Assembly: GCF_000143415.4 (NCBI RefSeq)
Contig: NW_003314292.1
Location: 598,829 to 662,828, forward strand
Direction: 5' to 3'
DNA: 64,000 nucleotides
Origin: Selaginella moellendorffii
Lineage: Eukaryota; Plantae; Lycopodiophyta
Made by a program: the position numbers and the translations under genes. Positions 13,356 to 26,065 of this stretch are shown piece after piece. Below the pieces are notes generated by a model. It was not told where the DNA came from, did not search any database, and saw only the letters and a list, made by a program, of their open reading frames with translations. The first letter of the stretch is position 1. Every line of letters starts with the position of its first letter.

Positions 13356-13462
13356 GAGCTTTTATATAAGCATAATAAAGCTAGTAGTTTAGGAAAAATA
13401 GCAATTGTGTAAATAAATAAGCAATTATAATGCTACTCTTAGCTTAGGAAAAAACAATGTGC

Positions 13463-15164
13463 TCATAATCTCACTGGAACTAAAACATCAAAATCAGTCA
13501 CCGTCCATTCAGCAAGTTCTTCACTCGAACTAATATATATTTCTGTCCCGATGTCTATCGAAGGCCAGACTCTTCTTGCTGGGAACGATCCTGGGTCCTG
13601 TGAAGGCAAAACAACGTCCAGAAAAAAGAAAAACTATAAAAAAAAAAGACAAAAAGAGACTTGCCTGGTAGAAATAGAGCCTACTCGAGAGAGCTCCTGC
13701 GTCTAAAGTCCAAGTCCTTGCGTCACCAATCCATCCCTCTCCTTTCCGGCTCGGGTAGCCATTCACCGCCCACTCAGGATGAGGCAAAATCTGGACAAGC
13801 TCCTGTGGCTGCGGATTGCTGTAAGGATCGCACACGGAGAACGGATGCTCTGGAAACTCTGCGTTTGTCGGCGAGCAGTAGAGATGATAAGCCGAGTATG
13901 GGAAGTTGACGGTGTCATTGCGGTAGACTATGGTGCCGGTCGAAGTTACGTGGTATGGCGGACAGAGATCTAGCCTCGATGGAGTGCACCAGTTCGTCGT
14001 CTCTGGATTGATGATCATCTCGCTGTAGCGTGTCACGTCGGTTTTCACGTCACCGTCGCATGGCTGGCCATTGTTCTTCCAGCAGCCACCGATGTCTAGA
14101 AGATAGAACAGGCTCTGGGGGCCGCCGCCTTTGGTGACGTTGAGAGTGACAACTACTTTGAAGTTTGGTGATTCGGGAACCTGGAAGGCAAAGCGATTAG
14201 CGTAGATAAAATACTCTGAACTTTACCCGTGTCATTATGCCTCGCGTGTCCCATGGATAGCCTCCAGAAAGTCCAGAAGTTGCGTCGGCTCGGAGATAAA
14301 GCATCAGCCACGGATAGTTCTTGGATACTTGGAGCCTGTGCTTGAAGATCCAGCTTCCAGACGATATGTTCTTCTCCCACGCCACCGAGAAGAACGACAT
14401 GCCCGCTGTCACATTCTCGGGGCTCCTGTTCAAGTCGTAGGTGCCGTAAAATCTGCCTTTGAGATCATCCACACAGCCATGGGAACTGCAATTCCGCTGG
14501 ATGGTGGACTGTTCGTGGACAACAACCGGTTGGTTCATGCAGCCATCACCGAAGCAAGGGAATGCGTTGACAATCTTTTTGAAAGGTCTCGTCAGCTGAG
14601 TGTGAACTTGAAGAGAACTTGCTTTCGAAGTCGCCGGACATAGCCCCGAGCTCATGTCGAAGTTGCCATTTTTGAGCATCGAGTTCCAGAAGTACCAGGG
14701 ATGATGGTTGCTGAAATCGGAGACTTGGCAGAGCGAAGCCAGGAACTTCTCCTTCTCAACAGCGTACAGGTCTGGATTCTGGTAGCTCTTGAATGCCCGG
14801 TTTGGAAATATATCTCCTGTCCGTAGCTGGTTGTCATTGTTTGACACGAAACTGTAAGGAGAACAGACACTATCTGCACATGAAAAAAGAAAAAAATTTA
14901 GGCGAAACAACTAAAAAAGAAAAGGGTCAGTTAAGAAAACTTACCGGGCTTGCAGACTTTATCAGTGCAATCAGCCCATCGAGGACTGGGCTGTCCTGAA
15001 CCAATGTTCTCAGCACCATTGCAGAAGTTCCAGCCTTCGAGCAACACTCTGGAGTTTGGGCTTCTCATCCCTGGATCTCCCAAAGCGCTTTCATATCCAC
15101 CAGTTACTGCCGTTGCTGCTTGAAAAAAAATAGCAGCACCGAGCGCTGCTGCAAATGTAGTCAT
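13463..15164 (-). CDS. Secreted plant-specific protein (DUF7705 / At2g47010-like family)
   Basis: Signal peptide; SALGDPGM, EGWNFCN, PSPRWADC, YPWLMLYLRADAT, DIGGCWKNNG, HPEWAV, IDIGTEIY...AEWTVTDFD. Confidence 0.8.
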
Positions 15165-16353
15165 TGTGGGACGGTAGATGGTTACCTGGAAGGCATCAAA
15201 TTTCTGCAAAAACCGTGGATGAGTGTTGATGAGAGAGCATAGAAAATGCATGAGCCGTAAGGACGAGAAAGAAGCATGCGTCTGATATGATCCGAGAGTT
15301 AGCTTAAATCATACCTTCCAATGAAACCATGTTGGGAAAAAAGTATCTAATACGCCATAGCTAGAGCTGCTTGGTTCGTCACTATTGAACTAAACGGACA
15401 GCAACAGAGGCGCAGTTCCTTTTGAATGAAATCGTGGCGGTTTGAGCCCTGGCCATTACTCTGAGAACGGCCAATAATTACTGAAAGAGACTCATCTTTG
15501 ACTAAACCCTGAGAAAGAATACTAGAAATGCAGTTGCAAATAAATTGCCTGTGGTACCAGTACCTATAGAGATGAAAATCCCCTGGTTGCCAGGCTAACC
15601 TTCTCAAAATAAATGTTAAGTCCTTAAGTTTGTTCAAGTCTGCAAAAGACAAAATACAGAACGGAAACAATAAGTCGAGCCGCTTCTGCCATTCTCGTAC
15701 CTTGTGACATCGAGCAGTCTCCTGTTACTTGAAAAGTAGTAAATTGTTCTTGTCCGTTTTGTTTTCGCTAATCTTCGGAACGAACTTGGGAATCTGTAGC
15801 AAGAGTGCTCAGGAGCTAAAACAGATGAACGAGAAACCTTCGAGTACAACCTTCAAGTTTAAGGAAATCTTGGAGCCTGAACCTCAAGTCTGGCACTAGA
15901 AAAATAGGACACAAAACGAGAGAAGTTATCAGCCACGAAATAAAATAGCAATCTGTTAGAAACCGGACAAACCTCGAAGCATTACATAGAAGTCTCATCA
16001 GGCCTAGTGGCCTTCACCATCAAATTAAGCCCATCGCTCACACTTCGTGTTTGCAAGAGAAAGGGACGCATGACGATTGCCTTCGGATTCTTCCCACAAG
16101 CAAAACAGAGTGAAGATCTTGTGACGAGCAACGCAAAAAGATCCAGTACCTTCTGAGTCGATCTAGGTGGTATGAATAGCGAAATAACACCAATCTGTAA
16201 AATCACGAAAAAACGCTGGAGCAAAATGGAAGCTGGTTGACAGAAGTAAGTTTCCCTACTAAACAAGGAATGAAGCAGCTCGCAAGAAAAATTGGCTTTT
16301 AGTGCCATTGATTGTAACGAAAATCGTTTTACCCATCAAAAGTGGCAGAATAC

Positions 16354-19208
16354 CTATAGAGAAGAAGTGCTCCTGGTCGCCAGGCCCAAGCTTCTCAAAA
16401 TGAACGTATAAGAAAGCGCCAGATCCTTGAGTTTGTCAAATCTGCAATGGATGGAGTAAGCGGATGTTGCTAAGCTTTTCTTATAATTCTCGCACCTTCC
16501 AGACATCGAGGAGTGTCCAGCTCCAAAATCACACTTGAACAGCAATAGATTCTTGTCCGTCTTGTTTTCTCTCAGCTTGGCGACGAACTTTGCAGGCTCC
16601 CAGTAGGCAACTCGCGAGTCTGTCGCGAGAGTGTTTACAAAATTGAAGCAACGGAAATCAAGCCACTCACCATGAAGTCCTCCGGTTACAAGAATATCTG
16701 GATACTCACGAGGCAAGACCTGTAAGTGAACCCGTTCAGCAGTGGAAAACAAATGTAAAGCTTCATAATCACATTGTCAACTGGGGAGTAGGATTTCATG
16801 TACAAATAATCATCCTTTTTACGTGGATCTCCCCATTCCTGGACAGAAAATGATTAGAAAATATAACGCGAAGATCAAATATTCACCTCCCACTCAGCAG
16901 TAGTCAAAGGAATCGACGAGTCCAGCATTGTTGTTAGAACATCTACGAAAGGCACCTCCGCGACTGCGCATCTGTACAGATCTGGTCTCATGGTGAGAGC
17001 CGCGCCGATGAGAAGACCACCCGCACTTCTCCCCTGAATGCAAAGCTTGTCTTTGGCACAAAACTTGTTTGCAATGAGGTACTCGCCGCAGAAAATGAAG
17101 TCCTCGAATGTGTTCATCTTTTTAGTCAGCTTTCCGTCTTCGTACCATTTCCTTCCCAATTCGCCCCCGCCTCGAATGTGAGCGATTGCAAAGGTTACAC
17201 CACGGTCTATTAGTGACAACCTATTCATTCTGAAATCAGGGTCAATGCAGACCTGTACGAGGACAAAAGAAAAAGTAACAGGGAGTCGGAGGAAAGAGTG
17301 AAAAAAGGAATACCTCATAGGAACCATATCCATAAAGCAAAAGTGGATCAGAGCCGTCTAGTTTTGCAAGGTCCTTTCGATAAACCATAGAAATCGGCAC
17401 CTGCGTGCCATCTTGTGCAGTTGCCCATTTGCGTAGTGTTACATATTTCTCAGGCTGGAAGCCGCCAAGAACCTGAAAAACACACAAAGTTTTAGTAAAC
17501 GTCAACCAGAATACAATAGCTGGATTACCTCCTGCCTCTTTTTCAGCATCGACTTTCCAGTTTCCATGTCATAGTCATAAACAGAAAAAGGTGTTGACAA
17601 GGAGGAATACTGGTACCGTAGAATCGGTGAGTTGAACTGAAATTCCTTTGGCGACAACGCATACGCAGCCTCTGGAAACTTTATCCGTACACCTTGATCC
17701 AGGCTAGTGATCGGCTCTCCTGCCGGAGGTAGTTTGAAAACTGTGATGGACTGCAAGGCATTTTCCCGTTCATAGACTACCAGATGATCCCTTGCAGCCT
17801 GAACCTCCTCAAGTTTAACACTGCAAGACAATAGTATGAGTCACGAAGATCCGTCAAAGGTCGAACAAACCTCGGTCGGTGAGGGAGTACCAGCGTTGTG
17901 GACGAAACGTCATTGACAGGACACACATAAAGCTCGGAGTTGTAAGTATCATCCGTCCTCTTGGTGATAAAGAAGTGCTCTCCTCTATGACTTGCACTCG
18001 TATCAACACCTTCAACGCGTGGTGTCAAGTACTTCAACTCCTTCACCGGACTCTTGTTCTCCAGATAGAGAACAAAAGACGTCGTCTTAGTCCCGGAGTG
18101 CACAAACGTATACTCTTTGCTTTCCGACGAACCCATGTCCAGAAAGCACGTCTCATCTTCTTCGTGGTAGAGACAAACGTCCTCCGATTGTTCATTTCCA
18201 ATCTTGTGATACCAAGCCTAGCAAAAGCACAAGTCTCCAATGAGAAAGACAAAGAAGAAAAGCATTTGACAGACCTTGTAAGGGCGATGAATATCATCCT
18301 GAGTCACGTAAGCTATCGACTCGTTGTCAATCCATTTGATATCTTCGACAGCACCCTTAAGAACAGGTCCCAGCAGCTGTTTGCTCGCAATGTCCACGAC
18401 GTAGATGCTAAAAATCTCATCCCCCACAGTGTCTTCGGTGTAAGCCAATCTCGTGTGGTCTGGACTCACCTAAAAGAAACCACGCATATACAAACCAAAT
18501 AAAAGCTAGAAAAGAAAACTTACTTGGACATCCCCCACAATGTAGAACTTGTGAGAGGCAGCTTTCTCGTTCTCGTCTAGAAGAACTTCCTCCTCTTGAG
18601 CATCGTCCATGATCTCGTCAATCGAGCCCGGGCCTTCACCTCCAGGAATTTTCCTCCGGCAGTGGACTTTGTACTGCTTACCTTCCAATTCCTTCTCATA
18701 GTAGAAGTAAGGCCCATCTCTCACAGGGACACTCGTATCATCCTCTTTGATTCTCCCTTTCATCTCCGCGAAGATTTCTTCCTCGAACTTCTTCGTGTCT
18801 GCGCAAAGAAGAAGATAAGCGCGAGCAATGCAATGTATGAGGCTTGCCTGCCATGACTTGCTCCGTGTACGCATTCTCGGCCTTGAGATGAGCCAGTACC
18901 TTTTGATCCGCGCGCTTGTCATCCCTAAGCCAGAAGTAGAAATCCTCCCGAGAATCGCCAAAGAGCTCGAATTCCTGCTTGAGCCGAGGCGCTACCGGTG
19001 GAATCATCGCTGCGACACGGCCTGTCGATCCGTCAGCTGCTACGGCGGCGCCTAGCTCCAATCCTCCGCGGCAGCACAGACCAAGGCCGAGATGGAATGC
19101 GATCACCTGGCGCCGGCTGGGCGACGCGATCGCCCGCGCGATAGGGTTTCTCCGCGAGACGCTCGAGGCAGAGAATCCAAATGAAGAAAGCACTATACAA
19201 GAAGCCAT
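16354..19208 (-). CDS. Oligopeptidase B / protease II (S9A), probable organellar transit peptide
   Basis: D.Y.WLRDD, LKAENAYT, HIRGGGELGRKWY, catalytic GRSAGG, DSRVAYWEPAKF, GAGH. Confidence 0.92.
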
Positions 19209-19237
19209 TTTGGCGTCTTTATTATCGTTTTCTTCTA

Positions 19238-20620
19238 TCACGCAAAGACAATCGTCTTTGTTTTGTCTCGACCGTATCGCAAGATGCGCTGCTCGCAGTA
19301 GTACTTGATCGCTCGATCCAGGCACTGTCTCTCGAGGCTCTCGGATTTCATGGCGAAGCTTTCCAGTGTGTCACGGTGTGAGACGCGCTCCACCTGTGTT
19401 GTTTGATCATCGATTCACCGTCAGTAAATTCGCAAACTCTGGCAAGCAAATCTAGCAACTTGGTGCTCACCATCTGCTCGATTATGGGTCCAGCGTCCAG
19501 TTCCTCGCACACAAAGTGCGTTGTGGCACCGATCAGCTTCACTCCAGCTTCGTAAGCCTGCGAGAACAAAGCATAAGTTAGTTAACGAGTGGAAGAATGA
19601 AGGAGACTTTTGGTACCTGTCTGTATGGATTGGCGCCCTTGAAAGATGGTAGCAATCCGTGATGGATGTTGATGATGTCCTTGCCATAGCGAGCTATGAA
19701 ATCACCAGAGAGAATCTGCCTGACAGAAAAGAAAAACTTGATCTCTTCGCTTGGTTGGAAATACCTGCATGTATCGAGCCAAAACCAGGAAATCTGTCCC
19801 GGAAACAAGCTCCAATATATCGTCCTCCCTTTTGTTCGTCTTCGTTGTTGGAAGATAGTGATATGGAATGCCGTGACGCTTTAAGAAGCGCCATATATGA
19901 GTATCTTCCCCTCGAACATGATTACTGTGGAAAAAACCACGTAAAACACGATAGAGAATCGAATCTCACTCTTACAAGCTTACCTTATCACGCATTCTAT
20001 TTGCACTGGAAGCATTCCATCCTGCCAGCGATGGAGCAGATTTACCAAGCAGTGATCCTGGAACGCATTGAGTTTTAGAACGTGTTCTTCTATTATAGCA
20101 CGAAAAAAACGATTGATTTACCTGCAAAGATGCGAAGACGGCGACTTTCATATCCCTGTCCATCCCAGGAACATTGACGACTGATTTCCCTACGAATTGC
20201 TTCCCAATCTCTTGGAACGAGTTCTCCATTTCCTCCCGCGTCCACTGCACGGGATTGAAAGAAAACTGACTGGGTGATGGCGGCCACTAGAAAATTTTCC
20301 TCCTGCCTATCTCACGAAAGGACAAAAAGAGATTGTTGCTTCTTACCATCGTGAATTGAAAACCGGCTCATCGCGGGAGTCCATGTCCACGAAAATGTCC
20401 GTGCTTGTGATATTCGCGCCGTGACCAGAGAGGCAATCCGATATCCTTGCAACAATTCCCACTTGATCCTGGAACAATCGCGTTGAAGATCCTGGAAATA
20501 CTCGCGATAATCACATACCGGGCACTGCAAGACATGGATTCCATGGTGCGTGAGCTTCGATGTCGACGAATAGAGCCGCCGCTGGTGCCTGGAGCCCAAT
20601 GCGAGCAGAGATTTCGCCAT
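19238..20620 (-). CDS. PURU: Formyltetrahydrofolate deformylase (PurU), mitochondrial-type presequence
   Basis: ACT-like N-domain; [44 protein letters not shown]. Confidence 0.92.
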
Positions 20621-20891
20621 ACTCGACTATGCCGGGAGCATTCTCCCTCTCGGCGCGTGATAAACCCTAGCCGGAGCTCCACACAACGAGCATTCCATGA
20701 CGCTCGCGTGACAAGCTTTTTAAGGCAAAAACCTCTCTTTACCGTCGGATGCCAATTAGCACACGTGGAACGATCGCGTGCGTTGGATTGCACCATACAA
20801 ATGGATAAACCAATTCAATCTCATTAGCATAATTTAAACGTCCACCATAGCCAAGCTTGCCAAGCCTTAGGACACTACTCCAGTGTGTTCT

Positions 20892-21908
20892 TCACGATCG
20901 CGGCATTCTCCTCGAGTCATAGAAATCTCTTCCACTGTGCTCCCGCGAGAATTCTCTGTCCCTGGAGAAATCCTGGCCATCATAGGAAGATCTTCCACCA
21001 CCAAAGTGGTGCTGCTCCCTCTCTCTTTCTCTCGCAGCGTCCCGGCGCTCGTATAGATCTCTATCCCTGCTCCTCGTCTTCTCGGGATAATCTCTATCCC
21101 GCGAGAACTCTCGATCCCTGTCCCGGGAGCTCTCTCGCTCCAGCGGCATCCGGCTGCTTCGCTCCCTGTCCATCCTTTCCAATTGATCTCTATCCCTTTT
21201 CAAGCTCCCCTCCCGGCCATTCGAAGCGCTTCCTCCCGGGTGGTAGTAGCCACCATGCCCATTCAATCCTTTGCTAGCTCCTGGCAAATCACCTCTTTCC
21301 TGCGATGGCGTGCTCTTCTCGGTGCCATGATCGTTGCTGGGTCTCTCTAGCGATGGCGCTCTCTCTTCCTCGATCGTTTGCGTGCTAAGTTTGCTGTAAG
21401 TCGAGTCCACAGCCTCGGCAATCTCCTTGCCCAAGTTCTCTTTCGAGAGGATTAGTTCCCATGCTGCCTTGGAAGCTCTGTCAAGAACAGGACCCCTGGA
21501 GATGAAAGGTTTTAAATCTCTGCTTCTTCTTCCTATCGGCAAAGATGGAAACGATTCACTTACTCGAGCTCGCGGCGCAGCGCATCGAAGAGCTCCCGCC
21601 GCGTTTTGTTGTCCGCCCCGGGGCTGTTGAGACACTGGCTCTTCTCCACCAGCGATTGCGTGTATCGCTTGAGATCTTCCTGGAGAATTTCGATAGCTGA
21701 GCACGAAATTTCACGAGAATTTTGCTCTTACATTGCTCTTGAGCTGCGCCGTGACCTTGCCGCGCAGAGCGTCGAATGTGCCGTCGTTCATGAGCGATTC
21801 CAGCACCTCCTGGGGCTTGACAACGCGCGCGGCGACGAGAGCGGCACTGGCAGCGGCGGCCGTGGCGGCCGCCTCGTCACCATGGCCGCCGCTCGTCGCG
21901 CCTTCCAT
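20892..21908 (-). CDS. COMPASS Shg1/BOD1-like protein with RS/RE/RD-rich tail
   Basis: VLESLMNDGTFDALRGKVTAQLKSN, VLDRASKAAWELILS...LGKEIAEAV. Confidence 0.7.
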
Positions 21909-21930
21909 TCGCGCATAAACCCTAACAGAC

Positions 21931-22175
21931 CCTAAAGGGCAAAAAATATCCAAGAACCCCTAAAACCCCACTTGGAAAGATTTTGTCAAGCAAAATTCTT
22001 ACATCGCAGTTCTTCCATTCTCACTCCTCTTCCTAAAGGGCAAAAAATATCCAAGAACCCCTAAAACCATTTGCCTTTGAAAACAATCAAACACTTGGAA
22101 CTAAAAAGATTAGCTTGGAAAAATTTTGTCAAGCAAAATTCTTACACCATCTTCCATTCTCACTGAGAGCCTTCT
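21931..22175. repeat. Local tandem duplication (unequal copies) covering the SmF 3' end
   Basis: CCTAAAGGGCAAAAAATATCCAAGAACCCCTAAAACC at 21931 and 22032; TTTTGTCAAGCAAAATTCTTACA and CTTCCATTCTCACT each occur twice. Confidence 0.8.
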
Positions 22176-22659
22176 TCCTCTTCCGGAATTCCACGAAGAT
22201 AGAGTACATTGTTACACCTGGTAGAAGCAAAACGATCAAACCTCCGAGAGGAGAAAAAAACTTGGAAAAACCTTATCAGCACTTCGCCCAGATTTCCTGC
22301 GAACTGCCCATCGATGAACTCTTCCGTATTGCCCAGCTGCGAAGAAAGAAACACGAATTTCAATCCTACCAAAGATAGACCAAAGCTAGAGCAAACCTGC
22401 AAATTCATGTAAGAATCGACCGAGATCAAGAACCCTGCCACGCGAAAGACCAGATTTTTTGTGTTAGAAGACAATGAGAAGAAACAGCATTGCGAGTTTA
22501 CCTTTGTACTCCATGCCCCACTTGAGCTTAACCATGACGGCCTTCCCCGTGAGCTCATTGAGAAACGGCTTGGGATTCACAGGCACGGTCTGCAAGAAAT
22601 CGAGAAAAACAGAGAATCAGCCGAGATAACGCGCAGCGCCATCGATCGCTTACCGCCAT
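22160..22659 (-). CDS. SmF: Small nuclear ribonucleoprotein F
   Basis: [44 protein letters not shown]...[15 protein letters not shown]. Confidence 0.95.
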
Positions 22660-22724
22660 CGCTCACCGAGCTCCTAGGGTTCGCGCCAAACCCAAAACCC
22701 TAAAACATCAAAAAGAATGTGTTT

Positions 22725-22798
22725 TGCTCTCTCTGAGAGTCGAACTCAGGACCTCCCGCTTACTAAACGGGTGCTCTGACCAACTGAGCTAAAAGAGC
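22725..22798 (-). tRNA. tRNA-Thr(AGT)
   Basis: GCTCTTTTAGCTCAGTTGGTCAGAGCA CCCGT-TTAGTAA-GCGGG AGGTCCTGAGTTCGACTCTCAGAGAGAGCA cloverleaf; T6 terminator downstream. Confidence 0.95.
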
Positions 22799-22946
22799 TT
22801 GTTATGCTAATAGAGTTTCTTAAGATAATCTTCTTCCACGTGTCAGGTGTCCAGTTCAGCCCTATAAAGCTGCCCTAACTATTTTCATTTGCCCGGAGGG
22901 GGGAAATTCGAATCGCGGCGCGATGCTTTAGATTGGCGGTGCGGCT

Positions 22947-25190
22947 ATGGCGACGACGAGGCAAGTCCTCCAGATTCTCGAGTCGTATCAGAAGGCGCGT
23001 ATCACATTCTCCCAGACGGTAGCTGAGTTGTCCAACAATGCACAGGTTTGGCGCTCGGATCCATCAAACCCTGATTTGGGGCACCCAGATCACGCGTTTC
23101 GCCTTGTGGCTTCTAGAATGTGGAGATTCTTCACACGGCTGGGGTCCTGGAGTTGCTGCGCCCCTTGTTGATCGATTCCATTCCCACAATCCAGCAAACC
23201 TCGGCGCTGGGATTGGGAAGGCTCGCCAATTGGAGCGAAGACATGGCGGAGGAGGTTGTGTCGCATCATCTCCTGGTTCAGCTTGTCTTCTCCCTGAAGT
23301 AAGTTTTCTTTTCAATTTTTTTCTTCTCTTGCCGAGTTTTCTAAGTTTTTCAAGCGTGATCTTCTTTTCTTCTTATCCTTCTTGGCAAATTTTTTTCCTA
23401 AAAACTAAGAAGTTTTTTTTTCTTGCGCCAGCTTGTCTTGTCCTTGAAGTAAGTTTTTTCCTCGGTTTCTTCTCAGTCTTCTACTTCGCTTGCTGAGTTT
23501 TCTAGCTGCTTGAGCTTCTTTTCTTCTTACCAAGAACTAATAAGTGTTTTTCTTTTCTGCTCTTGCCAGGAATCAAAATAGATATAGCAAGAAGGCATCG
23601 GCATCTGTGTTACGCTCCGTGGCTAAACACAATGCCGAGCTTGCACAGGCAGTCGTTGAATCCGGTGCCTTGGAGGACTTGGTTTCATGCCTCGAGGAGT
23701 TTGATCCTTCGGTGAAGGAAGTTGGAGCTACAGCAGTGGGTAATGTTGCCAAACACAACGTCAAGCTTGCGCGGGCTGTTGTGGATGCCGGTGCCGTTCC
23801 GCTCCTTGTTCTTTGTGTCCAGGTGCGATATTCATCTATTTCGCTTCTACATATGCCGTAAAGTTTTCTTCTTCTTTTGTATGCTGTCAGGAGCCGGAAC
23901 TTATATTAAAACGTGCAGCCTTGGCTGCTCTTGCAGACATCGCAAAGCATGCACCGGAGCTTGCACAGCTCGTGGTTGATGCTGGCACTGTTCCTTTCAT
24001 TGCTCCTCTCGTTGTACATATTGACGCCAAGATTAAGAGGCAGGTAATTTTCTTCTAAGGCTTTTCTTCATCGCAGCTAATGTCGGGTAAGAACTCTTCT
24101 CTTCAGTTTTTAGTCTAAGCGCGTCTCGTCGCTTTGTTTTATCTCTCAGGTTTGCTTGTGCCTGGGCCAAATCGCTAGACACACGGTCGATCTTGCTGAG
24201 GTACGATCTTTATCACAGACCAGTTGAGATCTCAACAGCAACCCTGCGGTTTCTTACAGGTTTTACTTGCAGCGGAGCTGTTCCCAAAGCTGTTTTTGTG
24301 TCTAAAAGATATAGATCACCAAGTAAGACGGCAAGCGGCCATTCTCGTGAGAGAAGTTGCCAAGCACACACCGCAAATGGCACAGTTCATCGTCTCCACT
24401 GGTGGTGTTGCAGCACTAGTGGATAACTGTGCCGAATGTTTAGGCAATGATCGCTTACCAGGTACAAGCTTTGTTCTCGCAATTTTGAAGGCTTGTTGTC
24501 CGTATACACTAAAGTTTTTCTTCGTTTATGCGCAGCTATCATGGCTTTGGGATATATCGCGGCTTTTGACGAGTCTTTGTCTACAACCATCATCCAGTCC
24601 AACGGGGTAAAGCCACTGGTAGACGCTCTCACCAACGAGCAGGAAGATCACATCCAAAGTGCCAGTGCGTGGTCACTCGGACAAGTCGGAAGGCACAGTC
24701 CGGTTCACTCGCTCGCCGTTGCTGAAGCCGGAGTTCTTCCCCAGCTGGTCACCCGACTTTTGGCCGAGACAAGCAGCGAAGATCTTCGTAGCAAGTGCAA
24801 GAGAGCTCTGAAGGCGATCATAGAGCACCTGACTCACATCCCGGCTTTAGATTCTCTTCTCCAGGTAACACTGTTTGAAAAACTATTTCCTCTCAGCTTA
24901 TTGTTCTTGAGCTCTCTCTCCAGGGGCCACCGTTGCCAATCGAGACATTGAAGTACGTGATAGCGCAGCTCGCTAAGGTTCTTCCAAACGATCCCGAGGG
25001 AAGAACGAAGTTTGTCACGTCGGGTGGCCTCGAGAAGCTGCTCCAGATGAATTTCGGGCCGGATCCAGAGATAAAGAGCCTAGTGGACGGCGTGAATGCG
25101 AGCTATCCCAAAGAAGTTGTCCAGTACTACGATCCGGGCTACGAGGAGATCCTTCTACAAAAGCTCACAGGGGCCAAACCAGGGAAATAA
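22947..25190 (+). CDS. PF16: Axonemal central-apparatus armadillo-repeat protein PF16/SPAG6
   Basis: RQVLQILESYQKARITF.QTVAELS, LLRPLL.D, LGRLAN, CLEEFDPSVKE, KFVTSGGL, YP.EVVQYY.PGY.E.LL. Confidence 0.92.
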
Positions 25191-25308
25191 AGAAACCATT
25201 TATCTTCGTTTCATCTCATCTGTCAATAGACAAAAGAACGAACTTTGCAAACATCCTTTGAGCTACAAGACTTTTGCAAAGAGAAACTTACTAGTGTTCG
25301 ATCGATTC

Positions 25309-25872
25309 TCAAGCAACAACTTTGAGGGTCACTCCGGTTGAGCCAAATCCTCCAGCTCCCCTGACGGTGAGATCCAGGTCCTCGACTTCCAGGACGGGAG
25401 GAGTGACAATCTTCTCCAGTATGAGCTGAGCAATCCGATCCCCGGCTTTGATCGAAAACTCCGTGTCAGAGTGATTGAAAAGGATGACACCGAGTGGTCC
25501 GCGATAGTCGGCGTCTATAACACCAGCGCCCACGTCGATCGAGTGCTTCCATGCCAGTCCAGAGCGTGGAGCTGCGAAAGAAAAAAAGCTTTAGCCTTGA
25601 TCTCTCTTTTCATGAAGAGGAGAGGATTTGCTCACCAATGCGGCCATAAGTTCCTTCCGGAAGTGCCACCGAGAGATCGGTTTGAATAAGCGCCTTGCCT
25701 CTGGCAGGAACAACGCTATCATACGCACTGCCGCCCCCAAAATCGAAGCTTTAGAACGCGAGAATGAACGCCAGAGCTGCCCAAACCTGGAGAGATCGTA
25801 GCCGGCGGCGAGCGCTGAGCCTCTGGACGGCAAAATGGCGCACGCCGAGAGCTTCTTGACAAGAAGAGACAT
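25309..25872 (-). CDS. DUT1: dUTP pyrophosphatase
   Basis: [44 protein letters not shown]. Confidence 0.95.
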
Positions 25873-25992
25873 CCCGCCGCCCACACCAAGCCCTAGGAGG
25901 AGCTCGAATTCGCGCCAAAATCTAAAATCTAGGGCTCACAAGTCTGAGCTGGCAGCCGCGTGTACCCTAATTAAACACGTCGGCGCGCGCCC

Positions 25993-26041
25993 TATCCCAT
26001 ATGCAATGGCGCAAAGTGGTGCCGGGGTTTGAGTATATAAA
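25993..26041 (+). promoter_or_regulatory. snRNA promoter: USE plus TATA
   Basis: ATCCCATATG (USE-like, about -70) and TATATAAA (about -30) relative to the U2 start. Confidence 0.7.
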
Positions 26042-26065
26042 GAGAGGGCTGGGACAGCACAATCC

